Part shown: positions 47,024 to 57,229 of the stretch, piece by piece
How positions within the stretch are numbered: the stretch's first letter is position 1
Layout: every line of letters starts with the position of its first letter
Virus record (IMG/VR): IMGVR_UViG_3300007511_001396
Coordinates: 1 to 64,000 of that record
Length of the DNA: 64,000 nucleotides
Source of the DNA: a virus
Direction: 5' to 3' (one strand)
The notes under the pieces: generated by a model
What the model was told of the DNA's origin: nothing
The model's input: only the letters and a program-made list of their open reading frames with translations
Database searches by the model: none
Program-made: the position numbers and the translations under genes

Positions 47024-47348
47024 AGGTTGGGGCTGGGAGCGATGGATAGTAAACAATAGCGAATATTGTGGGAAACTATTATTCTTTAATAAGGGTAAAC
47101 GTTGTTCATGGCATTATCATAAGTTAAAAGATGAGGTTTTTTATCTTCAATCTGGCAAAATGATTGTTTATTATTCTGATGATGACGCCCTCGAAGAAGC
47201 AAAGCAACTTGTCTTAAATCCTGGCGATAACTTTCATGTCTATCGGGGATTAAAACACCAAATGGTGGCATTAGAAGAATCAGAATTGTTCGAGTTCTCT
47301 ACGGAACATTTCGACACAGACTCATATAGAATTTTAAAAGGAGATTGA
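46989..47348 (+). CDS. Cupin sugar isomerase-like protein
   Basis: KGWGWE, YCGKLL, SWHYHKLKDEVF, H. Confidence 0.8.
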   Translation: MSITLEMTHVNKGWGWERWIVNNSEYCGKLLFFNKGKRCSWHYHKLKDEVFYLQSGKMIVYYSDDDALEEAKQLVLNPGDNFHVYRGLKHQMVALEESELFEFSTEHFDTDSYRILKGD

Positions 47349-47349
47349 G

Positions 47350-47568
47350 ATGAAAACAAAAGAAATGAAATTATCAAACCAAGCATTAGGGGCTGTAATG
47401 ATGGCTTTACAAGAGTCATTATTAAATGAGCTAGACATTGTGCCTATTTTGAAAGGTTTTACGCTAGTAGAAACAGATGATGGGCTTATAGTCAGGAATC
47501 CACCAACTGTTAGAGTTTCTGATAATAAAGATATCACCAACGATGATTTGAAAAACTTAGGGGACTGA
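47350..47568 (+). CDS. Hypothetical protein
   Basis: GGAG RBS; coupled to the next gene. Confidence 0.65.
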   Translation: MKTKEMKLSNQALGAVMMALQESLLNELDIVPILKGFTLVETDDGLIVRNPPTVRVSDNKDITNDDLKNLGD

Positions 47569-47837
47569 TGCCAAGATATTGCTATAAATGTTCCAAATGC
47601 AGTCATGAACAAATATTGAGACATGGCATTACAGAGAAGCCTGTCTTGAATTGTAATAAATGTAAGGAGCCAGACTCTTTGGTAAAAGCTTTATCTACCC
47701 CAAGAGTGATCAACAAGGATAGCATTAGTAACAATGAATCTGTTGGCGAGGTCACTAAAGAATACATCGAACTCAACAAGCAGATTTTAAAAGAAGAAAA
47801 AGATAAAGCAAAAGAGAAGATATATGAGCCGACTTGA
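47568..47837 (+). CDS. FmdB-like zinc-ribbon protein
   Basis: MPRYCYKCSKC...CNKC. Confidence 0.8.
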   Translation: MPRYCYKCSKCSHEQILRHGITEKPVLNCNKCKEPDSLVKALSTPRVINKDSISNNESVGEVTKEYIELNKQILKEEKDKAKEKIYEPT

Positions 47838-48159
47838 AATTATATTAACTGCATCCATTACGCTATCAATATTATTAAATATTGGCTTGATGGTCTATGC
47901 CCGTAACGTAGTGACTACTCTATTATCAGTATCGGCTGAGTTTAGCGATTTAAAAAACATGACAGATAGTTTTGCTGAACATATAAAATCAGTCTATGAA
48001 TTAGAAATGTTCTATGGAGATCAGACATTATCTGCCTTAATGGCACATGCCACATCGTTTAATAATTATCTTGATACATTTGAATATATCTATGAACTAT
48101 CTGAAGACCTAAAGGACACAGAATTTGACAATAATCAGGCAGAAGAGACGACGAAGTAA
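47824..48159 (+). CDS. N-terminally membrane-anchored hypothetical protein
   Basis: TM helix residues 5-24. Confidence 0.6.
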   Translation: MSRLEIILTASITLSILLNIGLMVYARNVVTTLLSVSAEFSDLKNMTDSFAEHIKSVYELEMFYGDQTLSALMAHATSFNNYLDTFEYIYELSEDLKDTEFDNNQAEETTK

Positions 48160-48832
48160 GTCTAAAAAAAATTATTACTTCACTAAAGTACATGAAGACG
48201 CCATCATAAAATATGTTGCATCTGATTCATATAGAGAAAAGAATGAACTTTATATGGCTTTTATTCGACCTGCTTTTAGTGAAATGGTAGACAAGATTGT
48301 ATTTGCTTATAAGTTTACTACATTATCTAACATTGATTGTTTGCGAGAAGAGTGTAAGACTTGGCTTATAACAATATTAGACAAATATGATCCAGGAAAA
48401 GGTTCCAAAGCTTTTTCATACTTTAGTGTGGTAACAAAAAATTGGTTTATTCATAAGGTAAAGAAGCAACAAAAGAGATTGTCTAGGGAAATAGATTTCG
48501 ATAATGTCTCTAAATCGCATGAACAAGAATTTCTTTCGACCACTGAGTCATATATTTCAAATCGTGAAGAAGCTGAGTTTTGGATATCATTCCACAAAGA
48601 GCTTTCCTCGTGGGATGTATCTCAAATGAGAGAGACTGATTTGAAAGTTTATAAAGCCATTATAATACTCTTTGAATCCAAAGATGATATAGAAATTTTC
48701 AACAAGAAAGCGATCTATCTCTATTTAAGAGAGATAACCGGTCTCAATACTAAACAGGTTGTCAACTCATTGAAGAAATTCAAAAAGAAGTATTTTGCCT
48801 TTAAAAAAGACTGGGAGGGAGGTTTTGTATGA
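48125..48832 (+). CDS. Phage sigma factor, T4 gp55-like (late transcription)
   Basis: Region-2-like KYDPGKGSKAFSYFSVVTKNWF; located just before the structural module. Confidence 0.7.
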   Translation: MTIIRQKRRRSKSKKNYYFTKVHEDAIIKYVASDSYREKNELYMAFIRPAFSEMVDKIVFAYKFTTLSNIDCLREECKTWLITILDKYDPGKGSKAFSYFSVVTKNWFIHKVKKQQKRLSREIDFDNVSKSHEQEFLSTTESYISNREEAEFWISFHKELSSWDVSQMRETDLKVYKAIIILFESKDDIEIFNKKAIYLYLREITGLNTKQVVNSLKKFKKKYFAFKKDWEGGFV

Positions 48833-49128
48833 GCAAACAGGATTTAGAAACCTTAGTATCAGAAGCTTTAAATAATATACGAAACGATAGAAAGCTATCA
48901 CGTGAATTTTTAAATGACATAGCTAATATTATAGCCGCCGATGCAGAACAAAATAAGAGCCTAAGTGTGGTGGCAGCCAAACACATAGAGACGCTGCAGC
49001 GTTCTAACGAACAATTGGTGAAAATTATAGGCTTGCGACAAAAGACGGCTTCCCAAAGTAGTGAGTTGTCTAAAGAAGATAAGGATAGTTTATTTGATAT
49101 GATACAAGCTATACCAGATGATGTCTAA
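48829..49128 (+). CDS. Hypothetical helical protein
   Basis: GGAGG RBS; LQRSNEQLVK. Confidence 0.65.
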   Translation: MSKQDLETLVSEALNNIRNDRKLSREFLNDIANIIAADAEQNKSLSVVAAKHIETLQRSNEQLVKIIGLRQKTASQSSELSKEDKDSLFDMIQAIPDDV

Positions 49129-50221
49129 GTTAGACTATTCTTCATTTACTACTGACAAAGAGAAAATCTCGCTTTTGGCAGCTACCGTTTCAGGTAAGCT
49201 AACTTCTGGCACAGCCGGAGAAGTAAGAGAGTTCACTGCTATAGTGCTGAGCACAATTGGTGAACCCTACGAAGCAAGTTTTTTCGTGAGGGCAAAAATA
49301 GTCGGTGATAAAAACAACAAGCCACTCCCAGCTATAGAGAACCCACATTCCTTTTTACCAGATGTGTGTAATATAGTGAATGCGGAAGATGCTAATAATG
49401 TAGTAGCCTTGACTAAAATGTATACTAAATTTTATGCCTTAAATCCTTTATCCGGCCTCAGTGAGCCAGTTTCAGTAGGCGATATAATACGAGTATCTAT
49501 GACAAGAGATTCAGATGGTTTCTTGATTACAGAAAGGGGCTCTATCCTAAATGTGCTGACGAAAGCACCCAATGTCATCAAAAAAGATTTTAAATGTGAT
49601 AGTGTGCAAGCTTTGTTTGACAACGTTGGTTCTCTAAATCTACCGGTAGAATTAGATCCAATTCTACCAATTAATACACCATCGGATGTAAGTGAATTTT
49701 CTGAACGATACGACGCTGATGACACTATAGAAGAAAAGGATAAACACGCTAAATATTTAAAAATCTGCCACCCAGAAGTTATTCCGTATTTCAAAGCTTT
49801 TATTTATCGCGCTTGGTCAGAAAAGCAAGCACACATTTCAATTAATAGTACTTATCGTGACCTACCAGAGCAAAAAAGGTTATTTAATAAATGGATTAAT
49901 GGAACTAAAGAATATCAAGAAACACATGCCAAGCCGGTAAAACCTGGCTCCAGTTATCACAACGTTGGATTAGCTATGGATTTCAATCCTACCATATCTG
50001 GAAAGACTATTATGAGAGCAGATGACGTTACAACTTGGGAAGCCTCGGGCATACCAGCTATTGCAAGGTCAGTCGGATTGCGCTGGGGAGGAGCATTTGG
50101 AAACAATTACGATCCCATACACGTTGATCTAGGCAGCAGGGTCAATAATCAAAGTAAATTAAAAATGCTTGCAGATGCCTCTGAACAAAATGTGGCAGCT
50201 AACAGGGTAGAAATTACTTAA
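49118..50221 (+). CDS. Baseplate-hub-like protein with C-terminal M15 peptidoglycan peptidase
   Basis: STYR...Q, SYHNVGLAMD, WGG...DPIHV; OB-like N-terminus (VGDIIRV). Confidence 0.75.
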   Translation: MMSKLDYSSFTTDKEKISLLAATVSGKLTSGTAGEVREFTAIVLSTIGEPYEASFFVRAKIVGDKNNKPLPAIENPHSFLPDVCNIVNAEDANNVVALTKMYTKFYALNPLSGLSEPVSVGDIIRVSMTRDSDGFLITERGSILNVLTKAPNVIKKDFKCDSVQALFDNVGSLNLPVELDPILPINTPSDVSEFSERYDADDTIEEKDKHAKYLKICHPEVIPYFKAFIYRAWSEKQAHISINSTYRDLPEQKRLFNKWINGTKEYQETHAKPVKPGSSYHNVGLAMDFNPTISGKTIMRADDVTTWEASGIPAIARSVGLRWGGAFGNNYDPIHVDLGSRVNNQSKLKMLADASEQNVAANRVEIT

Positions 50222-50238
50222 AAAAAGGCTATTTTATA

Positions 50239-51204
50239 ATGAAAAAAACTCTATCAAAACCCGAAAATACCGAAACCGTCCAAGAGAAGCTAGATCGCGG
50301 AGGCAATGTAAACATAGCCACAGGTGGCTTAGCTCACTCTGATCCTTTGAGTCCTAGATATGCGTTCAATAGAGCCAGTAACGAGTACATTATTAGAAAC
50401 AACGATGCGTTTGTTGTGTTTGGCCAAGACAGACCATCGGATGAATCAACAGGTGCTGGCGCACTAGGGTTTCCGTCTGAAACTATAGATTTAGTTACTG
50501 GTCGAAAATCAAGCACCAATGATGGCAACGGTCCCAAATCAAATGAGATAGTTAATAATGATTTTGTCACAGACGCTGCAAGAATATATATTAGCAAGAA
50601 GACAAAAATAGATACTCACTTTGGAATAGATCGTGAAGACTCTAATAAAGAACAGTGGCGCTCTGCTGTGGCACTGAAGGCAGATCACTTAAGACTATTT
50701 GGGAGAGAACATATTAAAATAGTAACAGGTCACACAAAAGGAATTGCAGAGAAAAATTCAACAGGTGGTGACTATGAGCGAGCCGGCAGAATAGATCTAA
50801 TAGCCGGCAACCATGTTGGTTCTCAGATAGTTCAGTTACCAGAGATGGTGAAAAAACTAGGTAAAGCATTCTTTCCTCATTTTGAGCCAGAAGTGAAATA
50901 TCTACAGCCTCTAATAAAGGGCGATAATTTAGAAATAGCACTTAAAGAAATGAACGACCATATACAGAGCCTCACAGGTATAGTGCTGACACAGGCAACA
51001 ATGTTAACGGCTGTAATGGGAGCAATGGCTGTCAATCCATTACCTCACTATCCTGCTGCTTGTTCGGCATATATTACAGGGAATACGTTGGCAGCCACAA
51101 CGCCACTATGGTCATTGAAGACACAAATTGCTGCTTGGGAAACTAATTACTTGAACGAAAATGCAACTCGTTATATATGCAGCAGAAACGTTAGAACAAC
51201 CTAG
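50239..51204 (+). CDS. Putative baseplate hub/spike protein
   Basis: VVFGQDRP, DAARIYIS, ADHLRLFGRE beta-rich; context. Confidence 0.55.
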   Translation: MKKTLSKPENTETVQEKLDRGGNVNIATGGLAHSDPLSPRYAFNRASNEYIIRNNDAFVVFGQDRPSDESTGAGALGFPSETIDLVTGRKSSTNDGNGPKSNEIVNNDFVTDAARIYISKKTKIDTHFGIDREDSNKEQWRSAVALKADHLRLFGREHIKIVTGHTKGIAEKNSTGGDYERAGRIDLIAGNHVGSQIVQLPEMVKKLGKAFFPHFEPEVKYLQPLIKGDNLEIALKEMNDHIQSLTGIVLTQATMLTAVMGAMAVNPLPHYPAACSAYITGNTLAATTPLWSLKTQIAAWETNYLNENATRYICSRNVRTT

Positions 51205-51222
51205 GCCACAAGATTTTTAAAA

Positions 51223-54200
51223 ATGACTAAAGACTTTATTAAACAAATGCAAGATCCAGAAGGCACAGGCTTGTCAGACAATTGTAGTGACAAAGAGATA
51301 TCTCAGGATACAAATAAATATTGTTCACCATGTCGACCAAATCCAAAAGAAATAATACCTAATTGGACAAAACTGTCTAAATTTAAGCCATTTCTGAACA
51401 AAAGAATATGCAAATATCAAATCACAATAGAAACAGAATATGATAGTATTATTTCTAGGATCCCAGATGCCGATAGCAAAAGTGCCTCTCACTTAGAACA
51501 AGCAAGCGAAGAGATCCTTTCCGATACTTTTGGAGAATACAGAAGTGAGGCTATAGAACACTTGCTGAACTTCTTCAACAAAGATGATTCACAAGAGAGC
51601 AGCTTATTAGTTGAATCATCTTTGGAGAATACTGATTTTTATCTAGATATACGCCCAAAGAGCCGTATCAAATTGTTATTCTCTGTGCCATTTGATGTAA
51701 TTAATTCACTGGAAGATTCTTTAGGTGAAAATACTTGTGAAGAACAAAGTACCAACCTACAAGTTAGATATACGCCTGATGAACTCACAGACTGGCACAA
51801 GCGAGTAGGGACAATGCTGGGAGTATATTCCCGAAATTTAAAAGTGTTTCGAGCTATAGAGAATTCTAATATAGTTTTTGAAGATGGGCATTTATTCAAC
51901 TTAGAGGATTATGCTCTGAATGCTGGTCAATCGAAGACACTTTTTGGAAACCTAATACCAGAACTAATGTCATTCCTGAATAGCAAAGGACAAAGCACAG
52001 ATTCCATTGAATATCTAACCTTCCACCTTAGTCAGAATTACAATATAGAGAAACTATCTATCGAAACGACAGACGGCAAAAAGACTAATTTTATTAAAAA
52101 ACTAAAATTTCTAAAGACACCCAATAGTTCTTGGACAGATCCCACCGCCTTGGCTTATTTGTATAACCTTAGAAATATGAATGACGACTTAACGGCACGT
52201 GTGCCACCCAAGTGGACATCGTTTATAAAAAAATATACATACCCAGAGACTACCGAAAGGAGCTTCACAGAGGCTCCAAGTGACTCGTCTGGTTGTCTAC
52301 AGGAGGCCATGAAGAAAGCCGGAACCCAGCTAGGACAAGATCTGTTGGATCCAATTTTTGGCTTAGGAGATGCGGTAGCATATAATTTTAGAGAACTGCG
52401 ATGTAATGTTGACGCAGACACTCTAGCTAAACAGAAAGCACAATTAAAGAAACTTGGAATAGAAGACAAAGATATAAACACTGAAATGCTTTATTCTCTC
52501 GCCAAAGAGCAGTTATACGACTCTTTTGATGGAGACACGATAGTGAGTTGTGAGACTATATTCGGAGGTGGCACTACTGAAACAGCCTCTGATTTATTTA
52601 AAGAGATACGAGCCAATTTTGATAGATTAAAAATGTGCGGCCTATTAGATTTACTGACAGATGCCTATCGATGTCTGATGTCAGGACTCTCACTCGAACA
52701 ATCGCTATCATCGATAACACTAAGTGCCATAAACTCTATGTCAATTGGTAATTTAGGTAAACTATTCATAGGCTTACCGCTAGAAAAACAAGAAGAAATA
52801 GACTCATTGGTAAGAGATAATTTATCATCTGGCACCTTCTTTGGGGACGATAGCGCAAATAAAGAAGCTTTTGATGATATTGTGGGCAACTTTGATTACA
52901 ATCGCCCTTGGGAAGAAGACGATTCGGACAAACTAGATTCCATGTCTAGGCAGGAGGGTCCACAGAGCCAAGATTCATACGGTATTTCGTTTACAGTAGA
53001 ACAAAAGAGAGTTAGGACGCTGGGCGGCTCCACCACTATCGACAGAAAAGTAATATCCGTTGTCTTACAGGCCTACAGAGAAGCTATTGTTAAATCTTAT
53101 GCTGACGATCTACTGTCTTTGGTTGACTATCTCGGAAAGTTCCCAGGCTCCAGTTTGATATCATCAGCAATGCAAATTGGGCACTGTCCGTCGGTGCCAC
53201 TCTTTAATCCATCATTCCCTGATTATATTAATAGTTTTGAGTTACCTATTTGTAGAGACATGAAGGAAATTTCTTTTCCACGATTAGTGACACCTCCTTA
53301 TGATAAATTCGTTGATCTCTGGCAGTTGATTCTAAATGCTGCCAAGATAGCAATAGCTCAAATGATTCATAAATTATTGTTTATATTAATGAAAAGAGTT
53401 TGCGAATTGGCCAATGCTGGAGCTTGTGGTGCGCTTGATTTAGCGGGAGATCTGGCCAGAAATATATCTGATGAAAACAATACACTCAGAGAAGTTATCA
53501 GAGAATCAATATGTGACTCAACCACTGAAGAAGAAGTATTAGACGAAACTATAAAAGAAATATTTGGTTCTTTAGGCGGCGGCGACTGGGGTAATAGCCA
53601 AAGAGTTTCAGACTTCACGGCAGATATGTCACGCTCGACTACGCCAAAAGAAATCTCAGATGCCCTATTGGGAAACCCTTCTCCGGAGTTTTTAAATATA
53701 GTGGCAACCATAGCCGCCTATGAGTACCCCGAACTTGCCCCTTCTTTCAAGAACCACTTACAGACAAAGAGGTTATTTAAAAACATAGGTAATCTATTAC
53801 CACTAGACTTTAAAAGCCAGATGCGCCAAAAGATAGATAATGAAATATCATCAAACAGGATACCTGCTAACCCAAGTCTGTGTGCGTCTGATGAACAAAT
53901 AACTTTATTTAAAGATTATCGCTGTGAGTTGTTGGCTGGAAGAGTAACTCCGAATCAATGTGAGCATCTTCAGCCATCAAATTTAGACGATATATCCACA
54001 CTAGGTGACATTTTACAAGGCGGCGTTTCTGCCTTTATTGATGATAATATGCCACCTATGGTTTCTGATTCTGGCTGCGACGACGGCGTTTTTCCTCGTG
54101 AGCCAAAAGTTGTAGCTCAGGCTGTCTCTCTGTCGCTGACTAGCCAAATGGAAACCCTACAATCAGAATATATTACCGATATGCTTGGAAACGGCCCCAC

Positions 54201-57180
54201 TAAGAAGAACTGGGGCTTATTTAATATGATTCTCTCTGATACACTTGGTGCCCCTTTGAGCACACACCATAGAAAAACAGATAACAGGAGAAATAGGGTT
54301 GACTTTTATTCCGAAACAGAACCAGAAGAGGGCGACGAAAAGCCATTTTCACCATTTTTGTTAGCTTCGGCGTTGGCCGCCTATGCATCATCTCACCCCA
54401 AAATAGAAACTCAACGAGGAGCATATCCTCTCTATGTGGGAGAGTGGCTTAAAAGTCAAATGGAAAATGAATCACATACGTTTAACTTGGATAACCAAAT
54501 ATCAAGAGTTGACGATACAATACAAAAAACGACCCCTGGCATAGTTTACACTTTTAAAGACAATGCGAGAGGTATAGAAGATTATAAAGATTCATATGGA
54601 TATGGTTTTGAGATAAAACTCCACTTCTCGGAGCTAACGGATAATTTGATGGGTAAAGCAGTAAACAAAACAGCTGGCTACACCCCCACCAGTGAGCATT
54701 CTCCTGTGCCTAGTGATTTCAGTAGAATAGAGATAAATGAAATGTTCAATGCCTCTTTTAACCCAGATGCTTCTCTTTTATCGTTATTTCCTCTAGCAAA
54801 TCTTGTAGCCAAAAACCTTAGAGCTGATATGATTTTTAAAGAATCAAAATTTAATTTTATTGTATCAGAGGACACATTTGAAGACATCGACTTGAGGCCA
54901 TTTGCCAATTTCGTATCTACATTTTCAAGTTATCGGCCTGAGAGCCCACAGGCTACATTATTAAAAGATATTTTAGCATCCTCTGGTACAGAAGCCTCAA
55001 TGTCCTCAACAATAAGAACACTTAATTTAATACTAGGGGACATTAGTTCCGCAATATGGTCGAAAGTGACTGATAATGAGTCATCGTTTCTGTACGGAGC
55101 CAAATATGACTCCTTGACGACAAAAGATGCAGAATATGTGGTGTCCGATGGCCAAACAAATTCAGCTGGCGGAACCATATACTCCGAGGCAGAGATAATA
55201 TCAGAGGATGGAAGTCTGCGTAAAATAAACAATAAAGACGAGATTCTCGGCATGAGCAGAATGCAATATGAGATAAATAGTGGTATATATCATGACCCCA
55301 GTGCAACCAACAGAGTATATTTTTTAGAGCCTTCGAAATACGGAGGATCATATATAAACCCACCAGTATCCTTAGTACCTATTGAAAACGACGGCTGGCT
55401 AGGGTTCATGGAAGTATTGTTCCCAGAACACAATGAGGTAGTATCTGAGTCAAGTAATATAATTGGATTTGAGGACATAGGTTCCTTGATGGATAGTCTA
55501 TATCCTAAACTTTCTGATGATTTGCGTATGTCTAAGCTACAAAGTGATTTTGAGGAGTTGCCATACGATAGGTTAATGGTACGTTCATCGAAAGCCTTCA
55601 TGCATGGATTAGTGACGGCGGCCATCAGAATATTTTGTAGCACCAGTATTATCAAGAGTTTGAACGTTAACTCTGTTTTTCCAATTGATTCTTCAAATCT
55701 GTACGGTTCAACTTATGCCTCATATTTGGCCGAAACAATGAAAGATAGCTTTTTGGATCCGCAAGGTGCAGAATGGGACTGGATATCTGCTGGGATAGAT
55801 ACAGACTTCTGGTATGCGTTCTTGGAACAATCTGTGCAAATATATTCTCGTCGCATTGAGATGGGCGAAATAAATCCACCCAATAGAATTAAAGCTGCAT
55901 TAACCCGCTTAAATGATCTACAGGAAGCATATGAATACCCGAGTAGACAAGATTTAAAAACTGCAAAATATTTAAAACAGTCATCTCCCTTTGAGACTTT
56001 AAGGGGCTATCGTCTCGAACAAAACTTTGATGCAATAAAAGTATCTGAAGAAGATGCCAAAATGATTTTGATAGAGCTTATCAAAGAGCAGCTAGATTAC
56101 TTGGGCGCCAAAATAATAAAGCGAACACCTGCGTCAAAACAGAGTATGCAAATCTTTGATGCAGACTTATTTTTACTCAACGAGATAGCTGTCGGTGCAG
56201 ATATAAATGTAAAATCAAAATTGTCCGAGATTAAAGGCAGCACCATTGGTGAAATCGCAGACTATGGAGTAACTGACTATGAATCTAAGTCACTAGTGAT
56301 AGAAAAGTTTATTAGTATACAAGGAGTAAAATTCAGTAACGCTGAGGCATTAGAAATACTAAGCGAACATACATCTCCGTCAGATATGATTAGTGATGTT
56401 TATTTGGGTAATCTAAAGTTAATCAAAGATAAGTGTGACCACATTGTTGGCATAGACGGCAAAATGAGCATACAATATGGATTAGTCCTGTCAGTGATAG
56501 TTGACGGTAATAAGAGAGAAATAACTTCTATAGAGATGAACCCAGTAGACACTGAAGTACGACTGTTGCCTCCAATAGAATCAAATAGTGATTTATTATT
56601 GTGTTTAATAAAAAAACTCAAAGAAGATAACGTCTTTCGTCTGATATCAGAGTATATTTTCCCAACTAGAAAATTAGTCTCTATGGCAGCAATTTATGCC
56701 GATATGGGTTTACTTCCATCGATAGGAGAAAAGACGGTCGAAGATGGTGAGACTTGGAAAAAGACAACACTGACATCTTTGTTTGCAGGAGTCGATACCT
56801 TTGATGATTTGAAGAAGCCTGGCGTATACGCTTCTCCTGAATATGATGGCGAAGGAAACATCACCAATATAACGTTAGAAGGAAATGAAGGATGGTCATC
56901 TTCAAATGATCGCTCAACATGGTCACCATTCTATCTAGAATGGGACGAGTGGGACAAGGTACTTGTCAGAAATTCAAAAAGCAGAATTAAAAAATTGTTT
57001 AAAATGCATTATAAATCTAGAGACTTTGATATTAAAGATATAAATGACGGCGACTCTTCCCCTACTCGTGTTAAAGCCAAAGAGCTAAAAGAAAAGATGC
57101 AAGCTGCCCCTAGTGACAAGATATTGCCGTGGTACCGACGTCGCAATCTCCGCCCCAAGCCAACTATTTCTGATGATTAA
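51223..57180 (+). CDS. 1985-aa hypothetical virion/baseplate protein
   Basis: Long uninterrupted ORF between hub and gp25-like genes. Confidence 0.6.
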   Translation: MTKDFIKQMQDPEGTGLSDNCSDKEISQDTNKYCSPCRPNPKEIIPNWTKLSKFKPFLNKRICKYQITIETEYDSIISRIPDADSKSASHLEQASEEILSDTFGEYRSEAIEHLLNFFNKDDSQESSLLVESSLENTDFYLDIRPKSRIKLLFSVPFDVINSLEDSLGENTCEEQSTNLQVRYTPDELTDWHKRVGTMLGVYSRNLKVFRAIENSNIVFEDGHLFNLEDYALNAGQSKTLFGNLIPELMSFLNSKGQSTDSIEYLTFHLSQNYNIEKLSIETTDGKKTNFIKKLKFLKTPNSSWTDPTALAYLYNLRNMNDDLTARVPPKWTSFIKKYTYPETTERSFTEAPSDSSGCLQEAMKKAGTQLGQDLLDPIFGLGDAVAYNFRELRCNVDADTLAKQKAQLKKLGIEDKDINTEMLYSLAKEQLYDSFDGDTIVSCETIFGGGTTETASDLFKEIRANFDRLKMCGLLDLLTDAYRCLMSGLSLEQSLSSITLSAINSMSIGNLGKLFIGLPLEKQEEIDSLVRDNLSSGTFFGDDSANKEAFDDIVGNFDYNRPWEEDDSDKLDSMSRQEGPQSQDSYGISFTVEQKRVRTLGGSTTIDRKVISVVLQAYREAIVKSYADDLLSLVDYLGKFPGSSLISSAMQIGHCPSVPLFNPSFPDYINSFELPICRDMKEISFPRLVTPPYDKFVDLWQLILNAAKIAIAQMIHKLLFILMKRVCELANAGACGALDLAGDLARNISDENNTLREVIRESICDSTTEEEVLDETIKEIFGSLGGGDWGNSQRVSDFTADMSRSTTPKEISDALLGNPSPEFLNIVATIAAYEYPELAPSFKNHLQTKRLFKNIGNLLPLDFKSQMRQKIDNEISSNRIPANPSLCASDEQITLFKDYRCELLAGRVTPNQCEHLQPSNLDDISTLGDILQGGVSAFIDDNMPPMVSDSGCDDGVFPREPKVVAQAVSLSLTSQMETLQSEYITDMLGNGPTKKNWGLFNMILSDTLGAPLSTHHRKTDNRRNRVDFYSETEPEEGDEKPFSPFLLASALAAYASSHPKIETQRGAYPLYVGEWLKSQMENESHTFNLDNQISRVDDTIQKTTPGIVYTFKDNARGIEDYKDSYGYGFEIKLHFSELTDNLMGKAVNKTAGYTPTSEHSPVPSDFSRIEINEMFNASFNPDASLLSLFPLANLVAKNLRADMIFKESKFNFIVSEDTFEDIDLRPFANFVSTFSSYRPESPQATLLKDILASSGTEASMSSTIRTLNLILGDISSAIWSKVTDNESSFLYGAKYDSLTTKDAEYVVSDGQTNSAGGTIYSEAEIISEDGSLRKINNKDEILGMSRMQYEINSGIYHDPSATNRVYFLEPSKYGGSYINPPVSLVPIENDGWLGFMEVLFPEHNEVVSESSNIIGFEDIGSLMDSLYPKLSDDLRMSKLQSDFEELPYDRLMVRSSKAFMHGLVTAAIRIFCSTSIIKSLNVNSVFPIDSSNLYGSTYASYLAETMKDSFLDPQGAEWDWISAGIDTDFWYAFLEQSVQIYSRRIEMGEINPPNRIKAALTRLNDLQEAYEYPSRQDLKTAKYLKQSSPFETLRGYRLEQNFDAIKVSEEDAKMILIELIKEQLDYLGAKIIKRTPASKQSMQIFDADLFLLNEIAVGADINVKSKLSEIKGSTIGEIADYGVTDYESKSLVIEKFISIQGVKFSNAEALEILSEHTSPSDMISDVYLGNLKLIKDKCDHIVGIDGKMSIQYGLVLSVIVDGNKREITSIEMNPVDTEVRLLPPIESNSDLLLCLIKKLKEDNVFRLISEYIFPTRKLVSMAAIYADMGLLPSIGEKTVEDGETWKKTTLTSLFAGVDTFDDLKKPGVYASPEYDGEGNITNITLEGNEGWSSSNDRSTWSPFYLEWDEWDKVLVRNSKSRIKKLFKMHYKSRDFDIKDINDGDSSPTRVKAKELKEKMQAAPSDKILPWYRRRNLRPKPTISDD

Positions 57181-57229
57181 GCTATTCAAAATGACAGTTG
57201 ATGATATTTAGTAATAAGGAGAATATCTG

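Noticed and set aside
27504-47348. Bacterial O-antigen locus or host contamination
   Set aside because: Seamlessly coupled to phage sigma/baseplate genes and lacks flippase, polymerase and initiating transferase
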